From a virus (taxonomy: Duplodnaviria; Caudoviricetes), in IMG/VR virus record IMGVR_UViG_3300028833_000077: a stretch of DNA of 64,000 nt, one strand, 5' to 3'. Of the stretch, positions 37,192-47,682 are shown in pieces (within the stretch, counting starts at the first letter, position 1; every line of letters begins with the position of its first letter). The translations under genes were made by a program, and so were the position numbers. Under the pieces are notes generated by a model. That model saw only the letters and a program-made list of their open reading frames with translations, was not told the DNA's origin and made no database searches.

Positions 37192-37476
37192 CTATTCATT
37201 ATGTTCAGCTATTACATTCAACAATGTCCTCCTTGCCACCTTGTCTATGAGTGCATCAATGGCATCAGGATTCTTCTGCTTGTCCTCAAACAGCACAATC
37301 ATCTTGCATGTCAGGGCATGGGGAAACACCCTCACAGAAGTCTTGAGAGGCTTCTTGGGGATGTATCCCTTGAGGATGTCCTCAAACACCCTCCTCATAT
37401 GCTCTGACTGATGGTATAGGATCTTCCAGGGTACCTTCAGCTTTGTGGAGAACTGTCTTAAGTCTGGAGTGTACAC
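37192..37476 (-). CDS. Hypothetical protein
   Basis: 94 aa, GTG start overlapping the upstream stop. Confidence 0.55.
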   Translation of the reverse strand: MYTPDLRQFSTKLKVPWKILYHQSEHMRRVFEDILKGYIPKKPLKTSVRVFPHALTCKMIVLFEDKQKNPDAIDALIDKVARRTLLNVIAEHNE

Positions 37477-38519
37477 TACTGCTTGACCTTTAGACGTGTG
37501 ATTATGTTGACTCCATCCTTCTCAATGCCATTGGGGACAAGTGGCCTATTGTCAAGATAGCCCTTGAGCTCTTTTCCAAGGTCATAGGGGTCACGAATCT
37601 CATTGCCCTTGTCATCCACCAGTGTTCCCATGGTCTTGGTCAATGGGAACTCCCATACTAGAGGTGTGAGGGTCTTTGGGTTGATGATGACAAATTTGTA
37701 GTCAGCCAGCTCAAAGTCCTTGAAGTAGTCATCCCTGTCCATGTTATCCCTGATGTTGCGCCAGTAGAGTCTTGCCTGCTGGTAGTAGTGGTACCTCATG
37801 AAGTTGTCAGGAAAATCCCATTCAGTGCATCCCAGTGAAGTCTTGAGGTCTATCGGATAGACAATCTTGCTTTCATAATCGGATATTAAGATGTCGGCCA
37901 TACTTCTGTAATCCACACCATCATGACTGAACTTGAACTTCAACTGATAGTACCTCTTTATGGGGGAGAATGGGTCATCCTGTGCGAAGAACCCACTTGT
38001 TGCAGGGGACTCCCTGAGAGCCCTTACACAGTTGAGGACATTGGTGTAGGTCTCATTGCTGATGACTGTCTTATCCGAGCAGTTGCGTAGGGCATGGTAG
38101 TATTCTGCCACAGTACCTGTCTTGAGTACCTCATCATACCTTCTCTTGTCCCACTTGGGATCTTTCCAGAATCCAACAGACTTAGCAATATCTGACACTG
38201 TCTGAGGAGGGATGTCTGCAAAGGAGTCATAGGGCAGGTTCCTGTTTGCCAGTTCCTTGACGATGGTATAGCCATTGTCTGTCAGTTCAATGTTGGCTAC
38301 ATAGAACTGGCTGTTGAACTCAGCCTCACCTCCAGTGAGAAGGGCATCACAGCATGAGCCAAACACCAATGAGGGGGACTCCTTCTTATCGAACAAATGG
38401 TCAAGCCCATTGAATCCTACTGACTCAAATGTGGATATGGTTGAATAGCTCAGTGCCTCATCTGCCCTATACACACTTTCAGGTACCTGCCAACTGATGT
38501 CTTTTAGTTCCTTTTCCAT
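37476..38519 (-). CDS. PD-(D/E)XK exonuclease (RecB/Cas4-like family)
   Basis: ALSYS, FGSCCD, MADIL...PIDLKT, YYQQARLY. Confidence 0.8.
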   Translation of the reverse strand: MEKELKDISWQVPESVYRADEALSYSTISTFESVGFNGLDHLFDKKESPSLVFGSCCDALLTGGEAEFNSQFYVANIELTDNGYTIVKELANRNLPYDSFADIPPQTVSDIAKSVGFWKDPKWDKRRYDEVLKTGTVAEYYHALRNCSDKTVISNETYTNVLNCVRALRESPATSGFFAQDDPFSPIKRYYQLKFKFSHDGVDYRSMADILISDYESKIVYPIDLKTSLGCTEWDFPDNFMRYHYYQQARLYWRNIRDNMDRDDYFKDFELADYKFVIINPKTLTPLVWEFPLTKTMGTLVDDKGNEIRDPYDLGKELKGYLDNRPLVPNGIEKDGVNIITRLKVKQ

Positions 38520-38540
38520 TGGTACTTCTTGCTATCGTCA

Positions 38541-38810
38541 TTACACCTTCTTCTTCTCTACATACCACTCATAGAGAGGACCTGCAGCCTTATAGATATC
38601 GGACAGTGCCTGCATTTTGATGGGAAATATCTCGTTGGTGAACTTCTCACTGAGTTTCTCCAAGTCATCGAATTCCTGTGTCAGAACGGGGAGGAAGTCA
38701 TGCAGGTATTTTGCAAAACTCTCCACCTTCTCTGTGTTGCTACTGAATTTTACATAGCTGGTAGGATTGACTGTCTTGCCAGCGTTTGAATAGTTTCCAA
38801 TGTTGCTCAT
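38541..38810 (-). CDS. Hypothetical protein
   Basis: 89 aa. Confidence 0.6.
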   Translation of the reverse strand: MSNIGNYSNAGKTVNPTSYVKFSSNTEKVESFAKYLHDFLPVLTQEFDDLEKLSEKFTNEIFPIKMQALSDIYKAAGPLYEWYVEKKKV

Positions 38811-38815
38811 GTCTT

Positions 38816-39385
38816 TTACAATTGAATTTTAATTAATTTAAAGTTATAACCGTTTGTATATTCCTTCTCTCCAGTGAGCACCCTGAGGATGCTTCCCATA
38901 GGTGCATGGATGTTGAGGTCATCTACAGCCTCTGCCACTGAGTCATATAGCTTGGGCTCAAAGGACTTCTTCTTGGTAGGCTTCTTGGTCACCTGTATGG
39001 CATACCCAAGATACACAAGATGCCTGTCCAGCATCTCAAGCAGGGACTTCCTCGCATCATGTATCTGATGGAATATGGTGTCAGGCTCATTCTCTTGAAG
39101 CCACTTGAAGACAAGCTTCTTCTTTATCTTCCACTCAGGAGTCTCAAAGCCCTTGCACTCAAGCATGATGGGGCCTATGGTGAAGTCAGGGGTGTAGGTG
39201 ACCGAGCGTACCTTATCCTTTTGGAAGGGAGACCTGAACCCTTCTATGAGCTCTATCTTCCTGTCTTCGTACCGATAGGGTATGCCCAGTGCATCCAAGA
39301 CCTTTGCAGTCTCAGCTTCCAAGGTGCTTCTGAAGTGCCTGCCTCCATAGTCAGCCTCGTGGACGTTGACTATCCTTTCCTTCAT
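38816..39385 (-). CDS. T7 endonuclease I-like PD-(D/E)XK nuclease with C-terminal NUMOD1-like domain
   Basis: FRSTLE...YE...YTPDF...LECKG; C-terminal YDSVAEA. Confidence 0.75.
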   Translation of the reverse strand: MKERIVNVHEADYGGRHFRSTLEAETAKVLDALGIPYRYEDRKIELIEGFRSPFQKDKVRSVTYTPDFTIGPIMLECKGFETPEWKIKKKLVFKWLQENEPDTIFHQIHDARKSLLEMLDRHLVYLGYAIQVTKKPTKKKSFEPKLYDSVAEAVDDLNIHAPMGSILRVLTGEKEYTNGYNFKLIKIQL

Positions 39386-39725
39386 TTTTCTTGAGAGTCT
39401 TGTATAATTTCTCCAGTGCCTCCACTTCAGCCAGGATTTTCTTGTTCTGCTTCTGGAGTTCCTCAATGACACAGTCTGTCTTCTCCAGTTTATCCCAGAT
39501 TTCCTCAAGGTCATCACTGAAGTCAATCAGTTCATCGTCCTCTTCATCAGACTCCCTTTCCTCAATGACTTCCTGTTCAAGCAGTTCGTCCACCAGTTCA
39601 GGCAGGAACTCCACCTCAAGGTGTGTGTGTTTGACTTTGCCTTTCTCCTTGCCTACCATGTCCAATTCGATGACCTCACCAAATTGGAGCTCATCGTCAG
39701 TTCCCTTCATAAAATACTTCTTCAT
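39351..39725 (-). CDS. Highly acidic hypothetical protein
   Basis: 124 aa, D/E-rich centre and coiled-coil tail. Confidence 0.65.
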   Translation of the reverse strand: MKKYFMKGTDDELQFGEVIELDMVGKEKGKVKHTHLEVEFLPELVDELLEQEVIEERESDEEDDELIDFSDDLEEIWDKLEKTDCVIEELQKQNKKILAEVEALEKLYKTLKKNEGKDSQRPRG

Positions 39726-39751
39726 ATAAATCCTTTCCTAATTTTAATTGG

Positions 39752-40435
39752 TTAAACTTCTTCGTACCACTCTATACCATAGCCGTTCTGGCCTATGAGT
39801 ATCCTGTTGACCTCCTGCCATACATCCGATGGCATTCTGGTCTTCTGCCTTGCATACCATGAGGGATGCCTGATCCTAATGATGTGGTTTGACCTCTGGT
39901 CTATGTAGGGCTCAAACGACTGGGCTTGTGAGCCCATCAGGACATACACAATGCCTGTGGTATGCTTGGACATGTTGGAAAGCAGAGACTTCATGAATGG
40001 TCTCCATAACAAGGAATGGATGTTTACTCTTCCAACCTCACAGGAGAGTGCTGAATTGAGCATCAGCACCCCCTGTGTCTCCCACTTCTCCAAACTCGGG
40101 TCAAATTTAATGATTCTATGGGGAACTGTATAGTCTATTACACTCTCCTTTAGAACATCTAAGGACGGAGAGTAGTCTTTCTCAAGTGTGTCTGTTGTGT
40201 TGGCGAGGGCTATTCCAGTGGCAACTGGCTTCCCATTCCTTACAGTAGGGTAGGGATCCTGGGCAACCACTACCACCCTTAGGTTGCTCATAGGACACAT
40301 CCTAAATGCCTTGAATACATCATTTATGTCAGGACATATTCTTGCCTTAGAGGATATAAGCCTTCTCATTACTTTATCAGCTTCAGGAAGGTCTATCACC
40401 TTTGACCAATCTCCAAAGAAATCCTCTATGGTCAT
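39752..40435 (-). CDS. ung: Uracil-DNA glycosylase family 1
   Basis: VVAQDPY, WETQGVLMLNSAL, HPS. Confidence 0.9.
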   Translation of the reverse strand: MTIEDFFGDWSKVIDLPEADKVMRRLISSKARICPDINDVFKAFRMCPMSNLRVVVVAQDPYPTVRNGKPVATGIALANTTDTLEKDYSPSLDVLKESVIDYTVPHRIIKFDPSLEKWETQGVLMLNSALSCEVGRVNIHSLLWRPFMKSLLSNMSKHTTGIVYVLMGSQAQSFEPYIDQRSNHIIRIRHPSWYARQKTRMPSDVWQEVNRILIGQNGYGIEWYEEV

Positions 40436-42573
40436 GTCCTCTTCTTCATATACTGCCTTGCAATGTCAAGTATCTTGTCCGACACTGACCTATAGTTACC
40501 ACTCATGTTTCTTTCCTCTACAGTAGGTATGGTATAGGTAGGACTGGTCTCAGGATTCATGGCTCCATCATAGAGGATGGTGGTCACATAGGGCTCCTCA
40601 AATCCTGAGTCTGTCCTGAATGGGATAACATGGCCAGTATCATCATACTCTGCAATGCCAATGGGTAGATAGGCACAGCACCTGAGCTTACCGTACTCTG
40701 CAGATTTCCAAGGCACTGCGCAAATATCTACTGGATTGACCAAGCAGACAAGGCCTATGTCCCCATAGTAGTGTTGACTCAACCAACTTGTGCCGCCGAT
40801 GTGTACAATTTTTGTTATCCATGAGGCTTTTTATCCTCATGTTCTGCAGGTACTTTAACTCTCCCTGCAGTTCAGCATATATTTTGCTCCTATTGATAGG
40901 AGACGGATACTCTTGGGTGGATTATATTTATTCACCACCTATGCGTTACACTACTCAGCAGCCTTACGCAATCTGCTGAGTTAGCTCGGTATTACTACTA
41001 TCATAGAATCTCATCACCTGTTTTACTTTATTCATTTTTCTAGTTAAGAAGAAGGTTGCATCCTTATACAACATTTCCATTATGACATAAGCTTGAAATT
41101 GGCTATAGTATCCCAAGACAAAATGCCCTCCATTATCATAGAGGTGACTTGTAAATTTTGGAAGCCATGTCCTTATGTCTTTAAGGATTTGAGCAGTCCC
41201 ATTTGCCCAGCATATGGAAATCTTCCTATAAGTGCCATTGTCTAGTCTGTAAGCCTGTATACTTCCATCTCCGTCAGTATACCCTCTTAAAAAGTGGGCT
41301 TTCATGTTTTCAGGAATTAATTGGAAAATGTTTGACTCTGCATGCGTCTTGTCAATACAGAACCCAAGTTCCTGAAGCCTTTTATACATGATCGGGGATT
41401 TCCACCTAATCGAATGCTGTGGTTTTCTTTTGAAATTCTGGTTGTTGGAAGATTCAATGGGGTTATTTGGGCAGATGTATTTCTGTACCATCTCCAAAAT
41501 CTCCACATCATCTTCTTGCAGCCTCATTCCAATTCTACCATCAGAGGCCAGATAGCCATCTGCATACAGGTAGCCTAGCAAATATGCCTTTATCTCAGAA
41601 TCTATGGAATCAAAAAAGTGATCATTGGGTCTGTGCTTTCTCAAGTCAGCCCTATTGCCCATCTTTTTCCTAATCCAATAGTCCCAAGTACCTCTTGGAA
41701 TGTCGTACTTCTTTTTAACTTCGGAATACCTCATTTTGTTTTCAAGGCACTCTTTTTCATAAATCTCTTTCAACTGTTCGCTTGTGTATTTCATCTTGCA
41801 ACAAATTAACTTGTTGCGAAGGTATGAATTCTACTCCAAGTGAACAGCTTAGTAATAAAGGTGTTAAGGGTTTCTAAATAGGTTGTTAAATAGCTTCACC
41901 GATTTTACCCGTTATTTTCCAAGGGGATTACTCCCCAAGTGGGCTACACTGCTAACCCCCTTGAGCACTCCACAGAACTGTCAAAGTCAATTTTGCTCCT
42001 ACTAAGAGATACTGTATGGCCTATCATGATTCTGGTAGTACCTGAATGGTGGTCTGTATAGATGGTTGTCTCTGGGGTGTCACCTTTCTGATAAATGTCT
42101 GCATTCCTGTATCCAACTACCAGTCCTGACTTGGTGATGACCATGCCCCACTTCTCAAGGAACTTGAATAGGTTCTCCCTGACTACAGCATCAGGATTGA
42201 GGGACAGCAGTGTCCAGAAGTTCTTATAAGCACTCAGCTCATCCTCCTTCCCTTTCTTCTCTGCATCAAGTATCTTCTCTGCAAAGCTCATAGGAAGAGA
42301 TAGTGGGGATACATCCTTCCAATAGACACTCTTGTCCTCAAAGACAAGGATGTCGGACTTCTCCATCTTCTCCCTGAAGATGATGACCCTTGCAGGATCA
42401 ACTCCATCCTCAGTCTCTTCAGGCACAAGGAAGTTGATGAGCTCAAACTCATTGTCTTCTGCCTGATACTCCTTGACTTTCTCAAACATCTCGTCAGTGC
42501 AGTTGTTGGTCTGGATGATTCTTCCTCCAGAGAGCACTGCCGTAAGGCTGTTGTTACATCTTATTATCTTCAT
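40432..42573 (-). CDS. rIIB: rIIB-like protein, intron-split: exon 1 42573-41955, exon 2 40805-40432
   Basis: Splicing restores CSRG-L-HIGGTSWL; LVNPVDICAVP and GKLRCC motifs; follows rIIA. Confidence 0.88.
40806..41954 (-). mobile_element. Group I intron in rIIB
   Basis: P1 GGGT|TA..TAGCCC with U.G pair; P10 GTGTA pairs with 3' exon TACAC; core AAAATCGGTGAAG, AATACCGAGCTAA; terminal G at 40806. Confidence 0.9.
40964..41794 (-). CDS. Intron-encoded double-motif LAGLIDADG homing endonuclease
   Basis: AYLLGYLYADGY and FLRGYTDGDGSI. Confidence 0.9.
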   Translation of the reverse strand: MKYTSEQLKEIYEKECLENKMRYSEVKKKYDIPRGTWDYWIRKKMGNRADLRKHRPNDHFFDSIDSEIKAYLLGYLYADGYLASDGRIGMRLQEDDVEILEMVQKYICPNNPIESSNNQNFKRKPQHSIRWKSPIMYKRLQELGFCIDKTHAESNIFQLIPENMKAHFLRGYTDGDGSIQAYRLDNGTYRKISICWANGTAQILKDIRTWLPKFTSHLYDNGGHFVLGYYSQFQAYVIMEMLYKDATFFLTRKMNKVKQVMRFYDSSNTELTQQIA

Positions 42574-44794
42574 CTAATACTCTGTTAATATAGTTTCTTA
42601 ATTCCGAATAGGCTGCCTGGTCCAATCTCAGCTTCTTGTTCTTCATAAGGACGTAGAGGTCAAACCGAGGCAATGAGGGATGATCATGATTGAACTTGAG
42701 TGCATCCTTCAATTCATTCCATAATGCCATTATCTCCAAGTCCAAGTTCTTCTCATCCACAAGGCTCACAAAGCTCATGCCATTTCCATAATCAGATATA
42801 TAAGGAAGCTCGTCCAGTATGTTCTTAAGCTTCCATGATTTTTCTCTGAGAGGATCTGGGAAATATGGGGGAAGGATACATACTAGAGACGTGTTGACAT
42901 ACCTCTTGACTGTGGCAATCCTTCTCAAGTGCCTCTCCTTACCTGAGTATAGTGTCTCAATAGGCTTTATCCAGTCAGGGAATAATCCGTTTTGTGCTGC
43001 CTTGTAGTTGGCCTTGGACAGTCCTAGTATGAGAAGGTTGGGGAAAAGCAAGTCCTTGACAGCAGAAATGAATGGACTGTCCAGCTCTGCATATACCATG
43101 CGAGGACTTCTACCATCCTTTTTATAGTCCCTCTTCAAGTCCTTAATGATGTTATTCACAGTATCCGTATAGGTTGTGTCAAAGTCTCTCCATGAGAACA
43201 CATGGACTGACAGCTTCGTGGAGTCCCTTGTTGTATAGGTCTTCTTGACCTTATGTGCTTCCTTATAGGCTTTGTATTCAGGAGAGGCCACGAAGTCCTC
43301 ATAGATGACATGGGCATCCATCTCCTTGAGCAGTTCCTTCAATGTCTTGATGATGATGTGTACCTCCTCACTGTTGGTCAGTGTGGATATGCCATACTTG
43401 TTTATGATGAACTGCTTGACATTGTTCTTGCTGATGACAGGCTTCCTGAGGAACATTACCGTACAGCCAGGATGCTTCTCTTGTATGTATCCCTTGAAAT
43501 ACTGTCCACTCATTCCTATAGCACTGTCCACTGCATAGCACACATAGCTATTACTGTGCAGACAGGATAGGATATACTTGAAATCATAGCGGTAGGACTT
43601 GAATTTTTTGGTCATTACATTGTCATTCAGCTCTGCTATCATGAACTGTTCTCCAGTGTACTTCAAGGTTCTCATGATACTGGCTACCTTGGCTTGGTCC
43701 AAGTCCTCAAACCCATGGAACTTGATTCTACGTGGGAGCTTGTCACTGACAGGGATGGATATGTCTTCTATTTCGATATAGTTACTCCTTCCTGATGTAA
43801 CTGCATCAAGGTACTCTGAGAAGTTGGATTTCTCCTCCTCACACTGGTCTGTGAATATTCTGCTCAATTCAGCTGCTGCATCCAGATATGCCTTCTCCAA
43901 CACCCTCTTGGTCCTGTCTGAATACAACAGTCCTTCTCTGTTTGGAGTCACATCCACTTCCCCAATCTTCACTTGAGGATAGACGTATGTAAAGGTGGAT
44001 TTCCAGTCATATCGGAAAGTGCTGTCCATGAAGGATGACATGTCAACCTCATAGGGGATGTCACCTACCAACACAAACTGTTTGCTGGAAGAGAATGGGT
44101 ATCCGATGCTGAGATACTTGAAGGTGTTATAGGCAAGCACCTTCCTCTTGTTGAAGGCTTCTGCCAAATCCCTGTCACTCCTATATCCAATACCTGAGAC
44201 ACTTCTGTCATCCTGAATGTATACGTTGTTGATGAAGCCAAGGCATCTCCAGTCCTCAGCTTTAAGTTCCTCACTCTTGTCATAAGGTATCTTAACCTCT
44301 ACTCCATTGGGCTCATCAGTGTCCTTCTCAAACATCAAGTCTATGTGGAGTTGGTCAATGTCTTTATTCATAACATAGTAGTAAGCCCTGCCGTTATAGA
44401 ATGATGTAATATTAGCTAACTTGCTGATACTCAGGCAACTAAAGCGACCTATGCCGAAGGAACCTATGTAACTATTGGACTCTCTTTTGGTAGAACTTCC
44501 TATATTGGTATAGATTTCCTGAAACCTCTCAGGAGATATGCCTGTACCATAGTCACGGATGGATATGTCTTGGTCTGTAATGGTGATGATGATGGGTTCT
44601 TCCACTCCAGCCTCAATGTGTGAGTCTACAGCATTGGAGACAGTCTCCCTTAGGAATGACTGCATTGGATGACTGTAGAGGTTGGATGATAGGATGGTCA
44701 CGATGTGGTTGATGTTCCTCTCATCAATACTCACCTTGAATTTTTGTACGTCACCAAGTACTGTAATCTCACTCTCGTCTCTGTTTATAATCAT
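42554..44794 (-). CDS. rIIA: rIIA-like protein (GHKL ATPase N-terminus)
   Basis: LRETVSNAVDSH, IRDYGTGIS, GSSTKRESN..IGSFGIG, NGVEV. Confidence 0.9.
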   Translation of the reverse strand: MIINRDESEITVLGDVQKFKVSIDERNINHIVTILSSNLYSHPMQSFLRETVSNAVDSHIEAGVEEPIIITITDQDISIRDYGTGISPERFQEIYTNIGSSTKRESNSYIGSFGIGRFSCLSISKLANITSFYNGRAYYYVMNKDIDQLHIDLMFEKDTDEPNGVEVKIPYDKSEELKAEDWRCLGFINNVYIQDDRSVSGIGYRSDRDLAEAFNKRKVLAYNTFKYLSIGYPFSSSKQFVLVGDIPYEVDMSSFMDSTFRYDWKSTFTYVYPQVKIGEVDVTPNREGLLYSDRTKRVLEKAYLDAAAELSRIFTDQCEEEKSNFSEYLDAVTSGRSNYIEIEDISIPVSDKLPRRIKFHGFEDLDQAKVASIMRTLKYTGEQFMIAELNDNVMTKKFKSYRYDFKYILSCLHSNSYVCYAVDSAIGMSGQYFKGYIQEKHPGCTVMFLRKPVISKNNVKQFIINKYGISTLTNSEEVHIIIKTLKELLKEMDAHVIYEDFVASPEYKAYKEAHKVKKTYTTRDSTKLSVHVFSWRDFDTTYTDTVNNIIKDLKRDYKKDGRSPRMVYAELDSPFISAVKDLLFPNLLILGLSKANYKAAQNGLFPDWIKPIETLYSGKERHLRRIATVKRYVNTSLVCILPPYFPDPLREKSWKLKNILDELPYISDYGNGMSFVSLVDEKNLDLEIMALWNELKDALKFNHDHPSLPRFDLYVLMKNKKLRLDQAAYSELRNYINRVLDEDNKM

Positions 44795-44814
44795 CTTATC
44801 TTATTTTAGGTAAG

Positions 44815-44853
44815 AAATAAGGGAAGGAGAGGCTGCTATCCTCCCACTTCCCA
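44815..44853 (-). terminator. Intrinsic terminator
   Basis: Minus strand GGGAAG..GGAG/CTCCTTCCC hairpin followed by TTATTT. Confidence 0.5.
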
Positions 44854-44870
44854 ATGCAAAACAAAATGAA

Positions 44871-45170
44871 CTAAAGTTTTTCCAACAGGCTGTCAAGCTT
44901 GCCCGACTCCTTCAGCACTGCCAGGAATGTAAGGCATGCAGCCTCAAATGCATCCTGAGTGACTGTAGGTTCATGTGCAGGCTTAGGAGCCTCATGTACC
45001 TCAACCTCCTTCTCAGAGGGGTCATGGTCTGCCAATGTGGCATCATAGTCCCAGATGACCTGCTCCAGGTCTGCTGTCTTTACTCTGGTGTAGTTCTCAC
45101 CAAAACGATTCATTACCTCACTTGCCAAATCATACTTCTTGATAAGGCTGTATGCTTCTTTTCTATCCAT
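44871..45170 (-). CDS. Hypothetical protein
   Basis: 99 aa; R.EAY..IK...L......FG.NYT motif. Confidence 0.65.
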   Translation of the reverse strand: MDRKEAYSLIKKYDLASEVMNRFGENYTRVKTADLEQVIWDYDATLADHDPSEKEVEVHEAPKPAHEPTVTQDAFEAACLTFLAVLKESGKLDSLLEKL

Positions 45171-45191
45171 AAATTAATTAGGTTTAATTGT

Positions 45192-45623
45192 TTATACTGC
45201 TTCCTCTAACTCTTGGGATGCATCCTCCCAGTTGGTCTGTTCCTGAGTGTCCTCAGTCTCTGCAGGGGCCTCTTCCTCCCACATGTTCTCGCCGAGTACC
45301 TCCTTCTTGTAGGACTCCCACTGCTCGGGATTCTCAAGGAACTTGATGACCTGCTCTGTGGTGAGTGCAATGCCACAGGTCTTCTTGGTAATCTCCAGTG
45401 CAAAGGTGTCGAGCATCTTTATCTGCTCCTCATAGGCATTGGCTTCCTGTCTGAGGGCTGACACTGCACTCTCAAGCTTCTGCTTGAACTTCTCTGTGGT
45501 CTCCTGGATCTTCTCCAGTGCCTTGTCACGCTTGTTGATTGATGGTTTCATCGAGGCATAGTTGCCCTTGATGATTGTAAGCTGGAACTTGTCAAGTCCC
45601 AGATGGTTCTTGTCATCTGTCAT
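45192..45623 (-). CDS. Coiled-coil protein with acidic tail
   Basis: 143 aa. Confidence 0.65.
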   Translation of the reverse strand: MTDDKNHLGLDKFQLTIIKGNYASMKPSINKRDKALEKIQETTEKFKQKLESAVSALRQEANAYEEQIKMLDTFALEITKKTCGIALTTEQVIKFLENPEQWESYKKEVLGENMWEEEAPAETEDTQEQTNWEDASQELEEAV

Positions 45624-45637
45624 GATTCTTAAATGTT

Positions 45638-46681
45638 TTAATGGATTAATTGTTCGTCTAATATTCCATGCATAATCTCCAAATACTTCTCTTTCCCATA
45701 CTTCTTGAAGAGATCTGATGGGTCTTTGGCACCAAATGCCTCAGGAATCTCCACCCTCTTGAGGCCATAGGTTTCAGCCAGTCTGATGCTGTCTGTCCTG
45801 CCTGGATTCTCATCCTTGGTATAGTCATTGTCGTAGAATACTATGATGTTCTTGTACCTCCTCTTCAGTTCCTCCATGATTTGGGGTTTCGGCTGGTATC
45901 CCTCGCCTTGCATGCAGATGGCAGGGATGTGCAGTTGGCAGGAGATGTTGAGGCAGTCCTTCGTTGATGAGCCTATGATGAGGTTGTCACCCTTCTCAGG
46001 AATCTTCGTCCATAGGCTCCACACTGATGCATCCATGCGTGAGCACCATTTGTATCCCTTGGTATTGAAAGGCTGGTATATCTTGAGGGACAGCCTCCCA
46101 TCCTTGTACTCGCAAAAACAATAGGCATACCTATCTGCTGGGAAGATGTACTTCTTTGCCTTGCCTGTCGTAGGGTCCTTCTTGGTGATTATCTTATGTG
46201 AGATTGGATGTATGTCTACATACCTCAGCCACTGCCTCTCAATGCCATAGGATGCCCAGTACTCATAGTCATAGTCCTTCCATGGCCTGACTGCCACTTG
46301 GATTTGGGTAAGCTCATCCGCCTCCTTCCTTGTGAGTGTCCTCACTTGTCTGAACTTCATCTCCACATCGGAACCTTCCTGCTTCTGCATGACCTTCAAG
46401 ATCTTGTCAAACACCTGACGGAAGGAACAGCTCCAGTACTTGCACAGCAGGTCAAGCAGTCCTCCCCTGCAGTCAGAGGAGCCGAAGTCCTTGAACTTCA
46501 CATGCTTGTTGTCATCCATGTAGATGTAGAACGAGGGATTGCTGTCCTTCCTCAATGGGGAACAGATTGTACACGGAATGGCTGTTATCTCAGGAAACAC
46601 GGCTGATAGTATCTCTGTTTCCTTATACTTCTCAAACAGCTCTGAGATGGAGATGCTGGTGCTTGTCTTGCCTACTACCAT
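45638..46681 (-). CDS. dnaG: DNA primase (crAss-type DnaG/TOPRIM)
   Basis: CSPLRKDSNPSF...DFG N-domain; TOPRIM STKD, QGEG, FYDND, KDPSD. Confidence 0.85.
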   Translation of the reverse strand: MVVGKTSTSISISELFEKYKETEILSAVFPEITAIPCTICSPLRKDSNPSFYIYMDDNKHVKFKDFGSSDCRGGLLDLLCKYWSCSFRQVFDKILKVMQKQEGSDVEMKFRQVRTLTRKEADELTQIQVAVRPWKDYDYEYWASYGIERQWLRYVDIHPISHKIITKKDPTTGKAKKYIFPADRYAYCFCEYKDGRLSLKIYQPFNTKGYKWCSRMDASVWSLWTKIPEKGDNLIIGSSTKDCLNISCQLHIPAICMQGEGYQPKPQIMEELKRRYKNIIVFYDNDYTKDENPGRTDSIRLAETYGLKRVEIPEAFGAKDPSDLFKKYGKEKYLEIMHGILDEQLIH

Positions 46682-46749
46682 AGGGATTGTGTTTGAAGGG
46701 TTTAAGAAGAAGGACGGCATGGTCTTATTCCACACCGTCCTGTATTGTC

Positions 46750-47655
46750 CTACCAGGGCATGTCACTGTTGGAGGATGTATCTGCAGATGCTGCAGGCTG
46801 GTCAAGATTGGTAGGCTCCACTGTATATTCAGCAAGCTCCTGAATCTTGAACTCAGTATCCTGATACTGATTCCTGTTCTTGGCATCAATGAGACTCTTC
46901 TCCAGCCTTGCAATGGCACTTGCATTGGCATTGTTCCTCAGGAAGAAGTCTGCACGCTCTGCAATAGCCTGATACTGCTTGCCATCCTTGGTGCGGACAC
47001 CATAGAGAAGCTTGATCTTGTTGTTGGGCTGATAGTTGAGGGCTTCCTGGATTTCCGTGAAATCCCCCTTGAAGAGGTTCTCAATATGTTCAAAGCCAAA
47101 CTGACCCTTTTGGGCATCCTTCTTGAGTGTCCATGTCCCATTCTGATAGTCCAGTGATGCTGGAATGTTCAGGAAGGTCTTCAGGAAAGTCACCAAGTCC
47201 ACCTCACCACGGATTGCCATCCTATAGTGAGTCTGGTCAATCTTCATGTTGGGACCGAGTGCCTTGCCTGTCTTTGCATCTTCCAGTGGCACACGGGCAT
47301 TGTTACCATAACGGTCAATGACTTGCACAGTACTGCCTTCTTGGGAGATGGCAGGCTCATTGCGCAGATGGAAATTCACAGTGTTGGTAATTTCAATGCC
47401 ATTGTTGGTGTCAGGGTCTGTACGTACTACAAAGGAGACAGTGACCTCCTTGCCATTTTCACCATCCCTGATATACTCAGGCTCATTGGCAGACTCAAAG
47501 CCACGCCACTCATCAAGCTGTGCTTTCTTGGGGTTGAATCCTAGTATGCGTGAGCTGCCAATGCCAATATAACGCTTGAATCCTCCCTCAGAGGTCTCAG
47601 TAGATTCCTGTGTCTGTCCTACCAATAGGAACGAATAATTGTTGTTCTTCTTCAT
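46750..47655 (-). CDS. Putative single-stranded DNA-binding protein
   Basis: Between primase and AAA ATPase as in crAss replication modules; acidic tail ending DMPW. Confidence 0.65.
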   Translation of the reverse strand: MKKNNNYSFLLVGQTQESTETSEGGFKRYIGIGSSRILGFNPKKAQLDEWRGFESANEPEYIRDGENGKEVTVSFVVRTDPDTNNGIEITNTVNFHLRNEPAISQEGSTVQVIDRYGNNARVPLEDAKTGKALGPNMKIDQTHYRMAIRGEVDLVTFLKTFLNIPASLDYQNGTWTLKKDAQKGQFGFEHIENLFKGDFTEIQEALNYQPNNKIKLLYGVRTKDGKQYQAIAERADFFLRNNANASAIARLEKSLIDAKNRNQYQDTEFKIQELAEYTVEPTNLDQPAASADTSSNSDMPW

Positions 47656-47682
47656 AATCTAATGTCTTATTAGTTCTAAAAA

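Noticed and set aside
37476-38519. Cas4 of a CRISPR system
   Set aside because: No Fe-S cysteine cluster pattern and no array; its context is the replication module
40432-42573. rIIB or polA as pseudogenes or split genes
   Set aside because: Precise U...G splice boundaries restore the reading frame and the conserved motifs
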